Assembly: GCF_001194135.2 (NCBI RefSeq)
Contig: NC_068995.1
Location: 14,386,645-14,450,644 of the forward strand
Length of the DNA stretch: 64,000 nucleotides
Reading direction: 5' to 3'
Source of the DNA: Octopus bimaculoides
Lineage: Eukaryota
This document shows, piece after piece, positions 24,330-34,680 of the stretch (position 1 is the stretch's first letter; each line of letters begins with the position of its first letter). The position numbers and the translations under genes were made by a program. The notes under the pieces were generated by a model. That model was not told the DNA's origin and did not search any database. It worked only from the letters and a program-made list of their open reading frames with translations.

Positions 24330-25939
24330 ACATCATCTAAGCTAGTGGTTGTCAACTGGGATCGAAATGGCCCTTGGAGGTCCATGTAAGATTTTGTTGT
24401 TAAAATTTATCCGCAATAAACTGGTTTTACTCTTACAAAACACAAAACATTTAAATAGTTTTTTTAAAAATACAATTCCTAATAATATTTGATCATAAAA
24501 TTATAATAGGGAGTTTTTAGATGTTGAATGGTTATGAGGGTCCCACCCATTGAGTAGAATAGGAATTGAAGAGGTCCATAGGTAAAGAAATGGTTGAGAA
24601 ACACTGATTATCTAAGCAATGATAACGTTAAAAAAAAAACTCAACAAAGGTGTAAAATATATAAAGAATGATGATATTGATGATACTAATGGCAATGAGA
24701 AGGAGGAGGAGGAGGAAGAAGAAGAAAAGTGGGAGGAGAAGAGTGGGGTAAAATGGAGTCCAGTAGTTTACCTCTGTTTAAAAATGGCATGGAATCCTTC
24801 GTGCTCTCCAATGTATTCTGTGATGCCAACATCTTTCTCAGTCAGTGATTTTCTCTGGATGGTATCTTCAGCTGCCTCTACATCACCGTTAGGGTTAACA
24901 TACTCTTCTTCAAGTGCTGGCGCCGATTCTTCTGTCTTTGGACTTACATCTGTGACATCAGCCTGAAAAAACAGAATAAATCAGTGTTACATTATTTTAT
25001 CTTAGAACTACTATACACAGTGGAGGCGCAATGGCCCAGTGGTTAGGGTAGCGGACTCGCGGTCATAGTATCGCGGTTTCGATTCCCAGACCGGGCGTTG
25101 TGAGTGTTTATTGAGCGAAAACACCTAAAGCTCCACGAGGCTCTGGCAGGGGATGGTGGCGAACCCTGCTGTACTCTTTCACCACAACTTTCTCTCACTC
25201 TTACTTCCTATTTCTGTTATGCCTGTAATTCGAAGGGCCAGCCTTGTCACACTGAATATCCCCGAGAACTACGTTAAGGGTACACGTGTCTGTGGAGTGC
25301 TCAGCCACTTGCATGTTAATTTCACGAGCAAGCTGTTCCGTTGATCGGATCAACTGGAACCCTCGACGTCGTAACCGACGGAGTGCCAACAACAACAACT
25401 ATACATACACACACACAGAACATATATGGACAAAGAGAAAATATATATACACACATTCACATATGTTTATAAATATGCATATATATTCTCTTTAGTTTTA
25501 TTCATTTTTTGGTCATTTTTGATTATTAAATGCTTAAAACACGTTATCGTCGCAATGTTGACATTGTTTTGTCACGCATGGAATAACAGCTTCCAAATCC
25601 TGTTGTCTGACTGGGTAAAAATTATCAAACTTTAAACCTTGTAATTTAAAAAAAAAGATTTTTTCTGAAACAAATAAATCAAGTAATTTAGGCCCTGAGA
25701 TTTAGCATGGAAAATTACATCAATAGACCAAATTTGAAAATTTTCACTCAAATTTAAAAAGTGTAGCCAAACAGAAAAGGTCCACATGCTGTAACAACTA
25801 TGTGACTGTAAAGTTAACTTCAAACATTTTGCATCTTTCAGATACTCACCTCTGTTGATATGGTTTCTAATTTCTGTTTTTTCACACTGTTTCCTTCATG
25901 TTCTTCCTCATTTACTCTTTTAGCATTGGTCTGTTCCAT
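3550..25939 (-). CDS. PUS7: Pseudouridylate synthase 7 homolog (TruD family), spliced gene; 16 coding exons in window, 584 codons, terminal exon missing
   Basis: Exons joined by hand with canonical AG/GT sites and matching phases at all 15 junctions. The translation contains PUS7 hallmarks recalled from human PUS7: [32 protein letters not shown], catalytic [48 protein letters not shown]. Confidence 0.96.
5221..5290 (-). CDS. PUS7: PUS7 coding exon 15 ([22 protein letters not shown])
   Basis: ttctag|CC ... AA|GTAAGT, 70 nt. Confidence 0.92.
6073..6400 (+). mobile_element. Degenerate Tc1/mariner transposase C-terminal fragment
   Basis: NSLDCNLMD resembles the SPD.NP.D motif; [11 protein letters not shown]...RNTCAR...EVEG resembles the Tc1/mariner tail. 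Confidence 0.6.
7034..7159 (-). CDS. PUS7: PUS7 coding exon 14 ([41 protein letters not shown])
   Basis: ttacag|CT ... G|GTCAGT, 126 nt; D.V.PLPG motif. Confidence 0.94.
7790..8045 (-). mobile_element. tRNA-derived SINE family E (CCTTGAGCAAGG.ACTTCA...GCTCCAGTC.ACTCAGCTGG core)
   Basis: Related copies at about 15880-16085(-), 22060-22265(-), 27170-27400(-), 40420-40610(-). Confidence 0.75.
8455..8593 (-). CDS. PUS7: PUS7 coding exon 13 ([30 protein letters not shown]...)
   Basis: tttcag|ATT ... G|GTAAGT, 139 nt; [YA]QSYVWN motif. Confidence 0.96.
9901..10058 (-). CDS. PUS7: PUS7 coding exon 12 ([21 protein letters not shown]...[11 protein letters not shown])
   Basis: ttacag|AA ... TTT|GTAAGT, 158 nt. 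Confidence 0.92.
10572..10800. repeat. 97-bp inverted repeat with a 35-nt loop (MITE-like hairpin) in a PUS7 intron
   Basis: Arms 10572-10668 and 10704-10800 align without gaps. Confidence 0.9.
10870..10931 (-). CDS. PUS7: PUS7 coding exon 11 ([20 protein letters not shown])
   Basis: tttcag|A ... G|GTATGT, 62 nt. Confidence 0.93.
13097..13222 (-). CDS. PUS7: PUS7 coding exon 10 ([41 protein letters not shown])
   Basis: ctgcag|G ... CG|GTCAGT, 126 nt; [12 protein letters not shown]. Confidence 0.97.
14591..14653 (-). CDS. PUS7: PUS7 coding exon 9 ([20 protein letters not shown])
   Basis: tttcag|C ... AG|GTAACC, 63 nt; LKLG.L.GN.F motif. Confidence 0.93.
14785..15661 (+). mobile_element. Tc1/mariner-like element in a (TA)n tract, interior in an assembly gap
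   Basis: Left end CAGGGTGCAATGGGTAAATTGT; right end reverse-complemented CAGGGAGCGGTGAATAAATTGT. Confidence 0.65.
16548..16919 (+). mobile_element. 5'-truncated non-LTR retrotransposon, restriction-like endonuclease C-terminus (R4/Dong/Hero-like) plus 3' UTR
   Basis: [25 protein letters not shown]...PII.GAL...[10 protein letters not shown] is the PD-(D/E)xK RLE tail of site-specific LINEs; it sits inside (AAT/AAC)n. Confidence 0.8.
17003..17068 (-). CDS. PUS7: PUS7 coding exon 8 ([21 protein letters not shown])
   Basis: cactag|A ... AG|GTGAGA, 66 nt. Confidence 0.9.
17884..17961 (-). CDS. PUS7: PUS7 coding exon 7, catalytic ([25 protein letters not shown])
   Basis: tttcag|A ... AG|GTGACA, 78 nt; GTKD motif carrying the catalytic Asp of TruD/PUS7. 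Confidence 0.95.
18517..18631 (-). CDS. PUS7: PUS7 coding exon 6 ([37 protein letters not shown])
   Basis: ttgcag|GT ... AG|GTAAAG, 115 nt; [15 protein letters not shown]. Confidence 0.96.
19183..19322 (+). repeat. 42-bp tandem repeat, about 3.3 copies
   Basis: Units start at 19183, 19225, 19267 and 19309 (AGTGTTGGGCCTCATGGAGG...). Confidence 0.9.
20135..20470 (-). mobile_element. SINE/LINE-tail family C ending in (GAT)n, with internal GCCGGTGGCACGTAAAAAGCACC-like subrepeats
   Basis: Recurring tail CAACCCATGCTAGCATGGAAAGCGGACGTTAAACGATGATG. Copies at about 85-195, 5455-5790, 5915-6045, 6670-6960, 11100-11400, 17590-17850, 19300-19600, 28820-28910, 45825-46260, 56480-56840. Confidence 0.85.
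20833..20962 (-). CDS. PUS7: PUS7 coding exon 5 ([43 protein letters not shown])
   Basis: tgtag|GCT ... G|GTAAAC, 130 nt; RT.IHQAI motif. Confidence 0.92.
21078..21422 (+). mobile_element. Short bipartite RTE-derived non-autonomous element
   Basis: RTE-like 5' UTR motif AATGACCCTGAGA.CTAT...CTCCTGGTAGGGCCTCCCAT joined to an RTE-like 3' end GTTGTCAATGGCCTA.GCT. Copies at about 11718-11870, 48098-48420, 61468-61822. Confidence 0.6.
21886..21984 (-). CDS. PUS7: PUS7 coding exon 4 ([33 protein letters not shown])
   Basis: Polypyrimidine tract then AAG|GTT acceptor, GAG|GTAAAT donor, 99 nt, phase 0/0. Confidence 0.8.
22913..23000 (-). CDS. PUS7: PUS7 coding exon 3 ([29 protein letters not shown])
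   Basis: cctcag|A ... AAA|GTATGT, 88 nt; R-[YF]SDF motif. Confidence 0.93.
23137..23369 (+). repeat. Degenerate minisatellite, unit about 40 bp, about 6 copies
   Basis: Recurring AAG..GCTGGTCAGT..AT.CTGTGAATAGAGCAA. Confidence 0.8.
23400..23700. repeat. Fold-back element with 45-bp TIRs and an internal telomere-like array
   Basis: Arms 23400-23444 and 23656-23700; (TTAGGG)n-like then (CCCTAA)n-like sequence at about 23466-23582. Confidence 0.8.
24070..24330 (+). repeat. Compound (ACT)n/(ACA/CCA) microsatellite with higher-order units
   Basis: Direct reading; source of the poly-T/V/Y/S pseudo-ORFs. Similar arrays at 2008-2205, 16456-16547, 32485-32592 and 33977-34073. Confidence 0.95.
24772..24962 (-). 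CDS. PUS7: PUS7 coding exon 2 (ADVTDV...[26 protein letters not shown])
   Basis: tttcag|GCT ... AG|GTAAAC, 191 nt; DVGIT motif. Confidence 0.93.
25021..25400 (+). mobile_element. tRNA-derived SINE family D, intact young copy
   Basis: A box TGGCCCAGTGG, B box GGTTTCGATTCC, (CAA)n tail; its 3' half is shared with the element at 7790-8045(-). Confidence 0.8.
25850..25939 (-). CDS. PUS7: PUS7 coding exon 1 ([30 protein letters not shown])
   Basis: ATG at 25939-25937, donor GAG|GTGAGT, 90 nt, phase 0 matches the next exon. The N-terminus is poorly conserved, so support is mainly splice logic plus a KKQKL NLS-like motif. Confidence 0.75.
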
Positions 25940-26297
25940 CTTATAGAAGCAATTTCACAGAGAAGTGTAGAGAAGAAAATATGAAAAAAAAACAAACAAA
26001 CTGTTATAAATGGTGTTTTGGATCACTTGGTAATATTGGCACAAAATCTCAATATTCTTTTCTACCCTAGGCACAAGGCCTGAAATTTTGGAAAAAAATC
26101 TCAGTATTATAGGGGCAGATGTGGCTGAGTGATTAAGAAACATACTTTGCAACCATGTGGTTTCTGTAGTAAAGATTGACCTCAGGATTTTGAACCCCAT
26201 GGAGGAAATGACAAAGGAACAAGATGACTGGTGATTCCCCATGCTCAAGAAGACTCATCTAAACCTTGGAGGAAATGAGGTCCTAAAACACACTTTA

Positions 26298-26517
26298 CAA
26301 AGGGGTGCTGAAAAAAAGTTCCTGGCTTTAAGAGTATCACGAAAGGCCTGGTTGGAGGCCCAACCTTCCAAATTCTATTACAGAGCTTAGAAAAACTGCA
26401 GGACCACTGCAACCAGTGTGTGAATCTGAGAGGAGGATATGTTGAATAAAATCCTAATTAACTGATCCTCCTGTATTTTCTTTTACCTAAAGCTAGGAAC
26501 ATTTCAGCACTCCCTGG
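26298..26517. mobile_element. Mariner-like MITE (220 bp)
   Basis: TA on both flanks; TIRs (A)GGGGTGCTGAAAA..GTTCCTGGC and GCTAGGAAC.TTTCAGCAC.CCCTG. Confidence 0.75.
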
Positions 26518-28911
26518 TAAGTCTATGTTCCAATACCAAATCTGTCCCTGTCAAGCATTTCCCACAACTCTTCTTCCTAACTGTCATCCCTTGGTCACTC
26601 TTCTGACTATGACACTACTCATTCAGCTGCAGTAATTATAAAACAGAACTGCACATATTCCATCCTCTATTGTACTACCAGTTATCCCACTCTTTAGGAC
26701 TACATTCTTTTATCACCTTTCCCACATTCTCAGTATTATCCATTCCCATTTTATTTTATGGAGAATACTCCTTTTCCCTAAGCTACATATCTCATCCTTC
26801 CATATTTGCTATCATTCTCAACACCCTCTCAGATCTGCCACCTATGGTCTCTTCCCCTTTGTTACTCAGTGAGTATCCACCCCTAGCATAGCTAGAGGGG
26901 AATAGAGTGCATGGCACCACTTTTGGGTCTGCTGTAGACAATATGTATCTTGTAGGGGTCTGGGGGTGGCAAACTGAAAAGTTGTCTGGGTGCAGTAAAC
27001 TGAAGGGCCACCTTGAGCAACACACTCTAGTTACGCTAGTGTACATACCTCTGATCTATCTCTTTCCTCCAGCACTTCACAGCTTTCTATTTCTCATTTA
27101 TCTACAGTTTTATCATACTGCCACAACTTTTTGTTCTGTCACTTCTCCTTCTCCTCTCTGGTTAGGTTATGGTCAGTCTACATCACTCCGTAAGGAGCAT
27201 AGGGCCAGTTTCCTGGTGTGTATATTCCTCCCTTGATGGGACGCTGGTCTGTTGCAGGATTACAATGCTGAGTGCATTGGAGCAACTTGAAATGAAGTGC
27301 TTTGCTCAAGTACACAATGCATCACCCAGTTCAGGAATTGAAACCATAATCTTACAATTATGAGTGCAAAACATCCTAACCACTAAGTCATGTACCTTCA
27401 CCTCCTCCTCTCTGACCCACTCCTATTTTCTTCATCCCCACCCACCTGATATTTACCATCAACCTCTCCTTGCTCACCTTTCACTGCATTCATTTCTATC
27501 CTCATCTCTAATTCTGTCATTCTCCTCACTCGCCCTTCCCAGTCATCTGTCCCTTTTTTCTTTTATAATCATATTCTTGTACCTTGAGGGTCCACCCTAA
27601 AATCTCATCACTACCATCATTTCTCCCTTTCTAGCTGAATTAGCTGTTTGTTTACAGTAAACCACCTGTTTCTGTCCAGCTATTATAATTTAGCCTCTCA
27701 GCACTTGGAATACAGGTACCTCCCTAAGTAACACACTCCAACTCATTTGAGCTGTGTTGTCTTGTGAGTTACTTAGTGACCTCACTTGTGCTGGTGCCAT
27801 GAAAAAAATGTACCCAGGATACATTAGAATGGGCATCCAACTTTAGAAAACATAACAAAGCAGACACTGAAGCTTGAAGTAGTCCTCTGGCTCACCGGAT
27901 CCAATCAAACCATCCAACGCATGTCAGCACAGAAGAGAAGCATTAATGATAATGATGATGGGGTGTATGTGTGTGTTTGGATATATTCTTTTCTACTCTA
28001 TGCACAAAGCCCGAAATTTTTGGGGGAGTAGGGTCAGTCGAATAGATTGACCCAAATACACAACTGGTACTTAATTTATTGACCCCCAAAAGGATGAAAG
28101 GCAAAGCCGACCTCAGTGGAATTTGACTCAGAACGAAAAGAGAGACAAAATATCACTAAGCATTTCACCTGGCATGCTAACGTTTCTTATTTCTTTATTG
28201 CCCACAAGGGGCTAAACATAGAGGGGACAAACAAGGACAGACAGAGGGATTAAGTTGATTACATCGACACTAGTGCATAACTGGTACTTAATTTATTGAC
28301 CCCAAAAGGATGAAAGGCAAAGTCAACCTCGGCGGAATTTGAACTCAGAATGTAACGGCAGACAAAATACCGCTAAGCATTTTGCCCGGCGTGCTAACAT
28401 TTCTGCCACCTCGCCGCCTTGTTTGGATATACATATTGTAAGACAATATCTGGACTTAAAAGACATATGCTAGTTCACAAAAATATTCCTTCAGAATCAG
28501 ATTCCAAAGGGCAAAGTTGTAGAAGAAACTTTAATAATATCTGTCCCATGTGTTTTAAACCCTGTCAGACAGCAGCTGGTCTTAAAAGTCATCTAAGGGC
28601 TCATCAACGGAGTGCTTGTGCTGTGTGATGGAGTGGTAGATATTTAAATATACTTTCTTTAACTACATCTGTGTGTAATTCACTATTTATTTTCCTAACG
28701 ACAGATGTCTATATATTTCTGTATACTATCATGGCAGCAGCTTTTTATATATTATTATATTATATTCTTTCTTCAATACAAATACCAATATATCTCCACA
28801 CGCTTTCACGTTTACAAGTGTAGCCTGGTGTTGCCATCCGGTTTCACCAGTCCTCAGTCAAATCGTCCAACCCATGCTAGCATGGAAAGCGGACGTTAAA
28901 CGATGATGATG

Positions 28912-28953
<42 letters not shown>

Positions 28954-30119
28954 TCTTTCACTTGTTTTAGTCATTGGACTTGGGAAATGCTGGAGCACCA
29001 TCTTGAAAAGTTTTAGTAGAATAGATCAACCCCAGTACGTTTACTGAATCGATGTGTTATGAGGACCTAAACAAACTGACCAACACGTTTTTGTAAGTCA
29101 GAAAAAAAAAACCTTCCCCCAAACAGGTACTTACATATTATGAGAATAGCTGCTATGAGATTATATATTCTTATATTCAGCTGTCTGTATATCTTACTAT
29201 GGATGGTGGTGGTGGGGCAAAATGAGTTCGATCTGATTTCTCATTATTTACTCCTTGCTTGTTTGAATTTATTATGTTGCAAGTATTGCATCGTCATTTT
29301 GTATTGCTACATTATATTTAGGAGTAAAAATTGGTTAGCATAGAGAATCAGAAATATAGTCAGGTGGCAGGTCCTCTTTTGTCATGAAATTTTTCCTCAA
29401 TTTTGAACCGATTGTAATTGAGGTTGCTTACAAAATATCTGGATAATTTTCGGTGTTTAACAAACAATATTCTTTTCTCCGCTGGATTCCAAGTCAATTT
29501 TTCCCACACTAATGTCTAATTTATTAATTTTCAAGTTTCAAAAAAATGATGTCTAAAATAGGGTAAAATAAGTAATAACTAATTTCAATAATTTATTCTT
29601 TTTAACCTCATGGTGTGTTAATATATCATGAACAGAACCCTCCAGTTGATCATGAAGAAGTTATAGAGAATATTTTATGTGGAGTTTTTTTTTTTTTATC
29701 TAGTCGAGTTTCGTTAATTACATATCGTGCCATTTTTCCCGGAACCTCTTTCATTTGACCTAAATTTTAGTTCTTGTCTTTGGCATTTCTGATGTCTAGA
29801 GATGGATGCTGATGTGTATGAGTCTGTTTTCTAGAGAACTGAAGTGGCAAATTTACCTTATCTTGCTTTACTCATTTTGCCCCAGCCAAATTTCTCAATG
29901 AGAATGGCAATTTTCTGAAATAGTGATCAGGTTATATTACAATGCTTTTAATGTATTTAAACACCATTTGCTTAGGTGATATAGTTTTTGTAAGGCGATG
30001 GTCTTGCATGGCCACCGTCAAATGGCTGAAACAAAAGAATTTGTAAAAAATATATTTTGTCCCAAAGTCAAAAATGCAGTAAAAACAACCCATTTCCCCC
30101 TCCCCCATACTTTAATCAA

Positions 30120-30981
30120 CAAAAGGTAGCTATCGATCTCTATATGCAACCCAGCGCGACCGTGTTTGCGTGTTACCGTGCGCGGCGTGCATCTCTGTGG
30201 TTTCGGAACCATAAGTGTTCATAAATCTACACACTATATACAGTCTAGATTACTTGTTGCAATTTAAAAAATTGCCTTCAGTTATGATTTTTGTATTGAC
30301 TAAGATACTTCTTCAACTTGCATGCAAAGGAATTATATCGAATTCCACCAATACTCTTGGTATAGATATTAAGGGCAATTTCTATGCGATTAACTTCGGT
30401 CGCACGTGTTACAGTGGCTAACCAAGAAAAAAACAAAAAACTCATTTATAACATAAAATGAAAGATTTCATCAAAGGGAGATAATTAAAATACATCAACG
30501 CGAAGGAAGTATTTTGGCACTGTCATGGTATTTAGCTGTCAGAATTGAAAGTAGAACTGACAAGGACCGTTACTGCTGGTTTGAGTTGATTCTTTGGCTA
30601 CTGACTAGCCGGAGCTATCTATCTGTCTGTCTATCTCACTATCTCTCTCTCTATATATATCTATCTATCACTCGTTCAATTCTGTTCGTGTCCGTAGAAT
30701 TTATCAAATTAGAAAACGCAAATTTAATATAAAAATATATTTTCTGAAATTGAAAATTATTTAAAATATAAAAATATAATTTTCAACAGAGAGAATTTAT
30801 CAAAATAGAAAACAAATGAAGTTTGAAGTTTAAAAATAATAGGATCGACCACTCACGACTAGCTAGCGCGGACGCGCGACTGCGCGTTCGGGACCACTCT
30901 GCTTTAGTAGTACCCTTATACTCTGTGTGTTTTCAAACGCATGGATATAGGTGTCAAATTTGTTCCAATAACTTTCGAGTG

Positions 30982-31012
<31 letters not shown>

Positions 31013-31125
31013 AACAGAGAGAGAGAGAGACAGACAGACAGATAGCTCGCTCCGGCCAGTCATTGTATTAGCTGTCAGTAGCCAAAGAATCAACTCAAAC
31101 CAGCAGTAACGTTCCTTGTCAGATT
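30120..31125 (-). promoter_or_regulatory. Candidate PUS7 promoter / 5' region
   Basis: CpG-dense blocks at 30145-30215 and 30846-30897 upstream of the first coding exon; possible minus-strand donor G|GTAACA at 30177/30176. Confidence 0.45.
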
Positions 31126-32486
31126 CCTTTTTGTTTTTCACGTCGTTGAAATTCAGAAATGATAATAGAATGTTATAATTCTAAACTATGTCGATAATAC
31201 GATGAATGGTGATGAATAAAAATAAAGCAAGAGAGATGAGACTACAATACGAATTCCGTCAGATAGCAACTTCAGAAGATAAGAAAACGGAAGTTGTAAA
31301 ACCTGTTCTTTTAGGTAAAAATAAACAATTGTAAATTTCCTCGGGAAAAAAAAATATTCTAAAAAATCAAAATATTTATGGGAAGATAGGAAATAAATGA
31401 GATTAACATTCATACCTTCCAACAGGCATTTAACGATGTATGTAATGTAAACTGTAAAGACAACAAACAATCGGGAATCGAAACCGAGACGTGAGCTCTG
31501 TTCTTAGAGAGTTTAACTCCTACACTAAACTACTACTACTTTCGCTAAATAATATTAAATAATGAGTGTTAGGGAGCCTTTGACGACAATATAATCGTTT
31601 AGAAACCAGAAAGAGTTTTTTTATAGGTTAAAGCACGAATGAAATAGGATTGTTTGTAATGGTAATAATGTCAACTTACTTGGGACGAGTCTCGTTAATG
31701 TAACCACCACGTTACTGGTTTACTAAACGGAACTTAAAACAACCATTTTACCTCAAAGGGAGACAAATCCTACATAAAACTTCACCTCCACATTGTTGAT
31801 CTCAGGTTCCATTTTTATTTTTTTATTTTCATTTATGTATTTATTTTTTAAGTAGGTTGGCTGCAGGAATCGTTAGTGCGCTGGATAAAATGCTTGGCGC
31901 CATCTCGTCTACCTTTACGTTCTGAGTTCAAATTCCACCAAGATCGAGTTTTCCTTTCGGGATCTTATAAAATAAGTATCAGTTGAACAACGGGGTCGAA
32001 AGTAATCAATTTACCCCCTCCCGCAAAATTTCAGCCTTTGTGCCTATAATAGAAAAAGTTATTTTTATTTATTTATTATTTTTTTTTAATTTAAAAGGCT
32101 AGCTGCTAGAATCGTTAGCATGTCGGACAAAATGCTTAACGGTATTCCTTTCGAATATTATGATGTGAGTTCAAATTCCACTGAGATGATCGATAAAATA
32201 AGTACCAGTGGAGCACTGAGATCGATGTAACAGACTTGCACCCTCCCCCACAATTGCTGGCCTTGTGCTAAAATTTGAAACCGTTATTATTATTATTATT
32301 ATGATGGTGATGATGAAGGCGGCAAGCAGGCAGAATCGTTAGCACGCTGTTCTGAATTCAAATTCCGCCGATGTCGACTTTGCCTTTCATCCTTTCGAGA
32401 TCGATAAATTATGTACCAGTCAAGTACTGTGTCGATGTGATCGATTTACCCCCTCCCTACAAACTTCGAGCCTTGTGCAGCAGCAG

Positions 32487-32521
<35 letters not shown>

Positions 32522-32526
32522 CCACC

Positions 32527-32558
<32 letters not shown>

Positions 32559-32598
32559 TATTATTATCATTATTATTATTATTATTATTATGATAACG

Positions 32599-32822
32599 AA
32601 AGCGGAGAGCTGGCAGAATCGTTAGCACGTCGGCCGAAATGCTTAGCGGTATTTCGTCTGTCTTTATGTTCTGAGTTCAAATTCCGCCGAGGTCGACTTT
32701 GCCTTTCATCCTTTTGGAGTCGATAAAATAGGTATCAGTAGAGTACTGGGGTCGGTGTAATTGACTCATCCCTCCCACAAAATTTCAGGCTTTGTGCCTA
32801 TAGTAGGAAGGATTATTGTTGT
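32599..32822 (+). mobile_element. tRNA-like SINE family B (GCTGGCAGAATCGTTAGC...GAGTTCAAATTCCGCCGAGGTCGAC...AT-rich tail)
   Basis: More than 12 related copies, e.g. about 7190-7410(-), 11960-12425(-), 13405-13645(-), 17300-17475(-), 28000-28420(-), 31850-32475(+), 47270-47420(-), 49310-49525(-), 49645-49865(+), 59415-59625(-). Confidence 0.85.
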
Positions 32823-32845
32823 TGTTGTCTATACATAATCTACCA

Positions 32846-33130
32846 CAGTGGTTACAATCGGGATCTATAGGGTCCCGAAGCGTCCATTTAATATTTTGGG
32901 GTATCAGCAATTTTATTTTGAGGGCTCCTGAAAAAAGTTTGCTTTAGATGTATGTATTGGTATGTATTGCAAAAAAACAGCTAGATTTCTTTCACAAAAA
33001 ACAAAATAGGAATTTTGAAAGAAGTTTCCATTTCACTAGTTTTTAAACATGGAATGGCTATGGGGGTCTACCAGAATAAAATAGTAATGAAAGAGGTCCA
33101 TAGATTTTTTTTAATGGTTGAGAACCCCTG
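32846..33130. mobile_element. hAT/Charlie-like MITE; related copies at 24343-24606 and about 4402-4730
   Basis: Termini CAGTGGTT..CAA and GTTGAGAACCCCTG; degenerate 8-bp flanks atctacca/atgtacta; shared internal GGTCCAT motifs. Confidence 0.7.
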
Positions 33131-33976
33131 ATGTACTATATTTCGGTTTTATATTTAAGTACTAAAAGAAAGTTGGACCTGATGAACAGAATTCTATATT
33201 TTTCTGTTTTATAAAGTAACAAGTGAAGAAAAGTGCCGTTTAGATACATGCCTCCTAACAGGTCAGTCACTTCTTTATCACATTAGGTTCTGGAGCCTAC
33301 CTTTTTCCATAAATTGGTGCGACAAATTATCTCCAGGCAGAGGGGTGAGACTTTTTCATCAAAGCAAGTTATGCCGATTCCCTGCCGTTTTTCACCAGAG
33401 AAGGAATAAAGTCTCACTGTTATTTTAAAATTTGCTTCTTTTGTTACTTACACGAATTAACACGCAAAATTTATACAATATACAATGGCATGCATGATAC
33501 AATAGTAAAACCAAGGGAGACTTTAGACTCATCGCAAAATGCTCTTAAGCACGACACTGTATTTCACGTCGCTCCAGTCCACTCAGCCGGGAAAAATGAG
33601 TTGTACCTGTAATTCAAAGGATCAACCTTGTTACATTCTGTACTACATTGAATCTCTCTTAGTTTCTTCTTTTTTTTTTTTTTTCTACCGAAAAGGCGTC
33701 TCCCATTGTTTTTAAGTGCGTTGTGAAAAAAGAAAAAGGGACAAAATCGGTCCTGAAGCCGGGTGGGGGTAGGGGGATTCATAAATTTCCAAAATTTTTT
33801 TTTTCATAAAGAACTTCCCATCATTTGCAAGGGTGTAGTTAAAAAAGAAAATAATGAAAAATCCCCGTCAAAACGAAGAAAATCCAACTTATGTGGCTGT
33901 GCTATTTCGAAAGTCCGCCAAAGCATTCTATTGTGAAAATTACCAGGCAACGACAGGATACTCAGCTAGTGTGTAT

Positions 33977-34026
<50 letters not shown>

Positions 34027-34037
34027 GTATCTGTCTG

Positions 34038-34073
<36 letters not shown>

Positions 34074-34363
34074 GTCAACAGGTAATATCCAGAGATATGC
34101 AATATAGAAAACACATGGTAGCGCTCAAATGATTTGAACTTACACTCCAAAATCCTTATCGAGGACTAAGTCCGCGAGATAAAGAGTGGCTATAAGAGAA
34201 ATCCAGGTGAGCTGATATGGAGATAGAGATGCAGATAAACACATTTGGACTTGATATATAAAACATACATACATACCTGCATACATGTAAATATATACAG
34301 GAGAAACAAAATCTGAAAATATTCAGACGATGAACAATCGTGTAAAAAAAATTAGGTATCTAA

Positions 34364-34680
34364 ATATTTATAAAACAAATTTATATGAAGTACAAAGAAT
34401 ATTGAAAATTAAGGGAGAGAAAGCATGGCAATTCAAGCTCGGCAGCTGTTTCTGGGGGTTCTGAATTGCGTAATAGTTATCATGTTCATAATTGGCGGCT
34501 GGAGTGCGCAGAAAGTCAAGGATATGCATATCAACACTACCGTAAAACTAGCCTCCTTCATCAGGGTGGAAAGATCGGCAAAATAACAATTCACATCATA
34601 TTGGACTTCAATTCCCATGCCTTCTCTTCTTAGTCTTATGTATTCTTTGTACTCCATGTAAATTAGTTTTGTAAATATAT
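34364..34680. repeat. Diverged inverted repeat with about 73-bp arms
   Basis: Arms 34364-34436 and 34607-34679 (AGTACAAAGAATA, GAGA.AGCATGG.AATT.AA). Confidence 0.7.

Noticed and set aside
23953-24389. Poly-Thr/Val/Tyr/Ser ORFs (also 1982-2215, 16425-16858 N-terminal part, 18246-18458, 32371-32726, 33854-34132, 56027-56254)
   Set aside because: Trinucleotide or dinucleotide microsatellites open in several frames on both strands; no splice or homology support.
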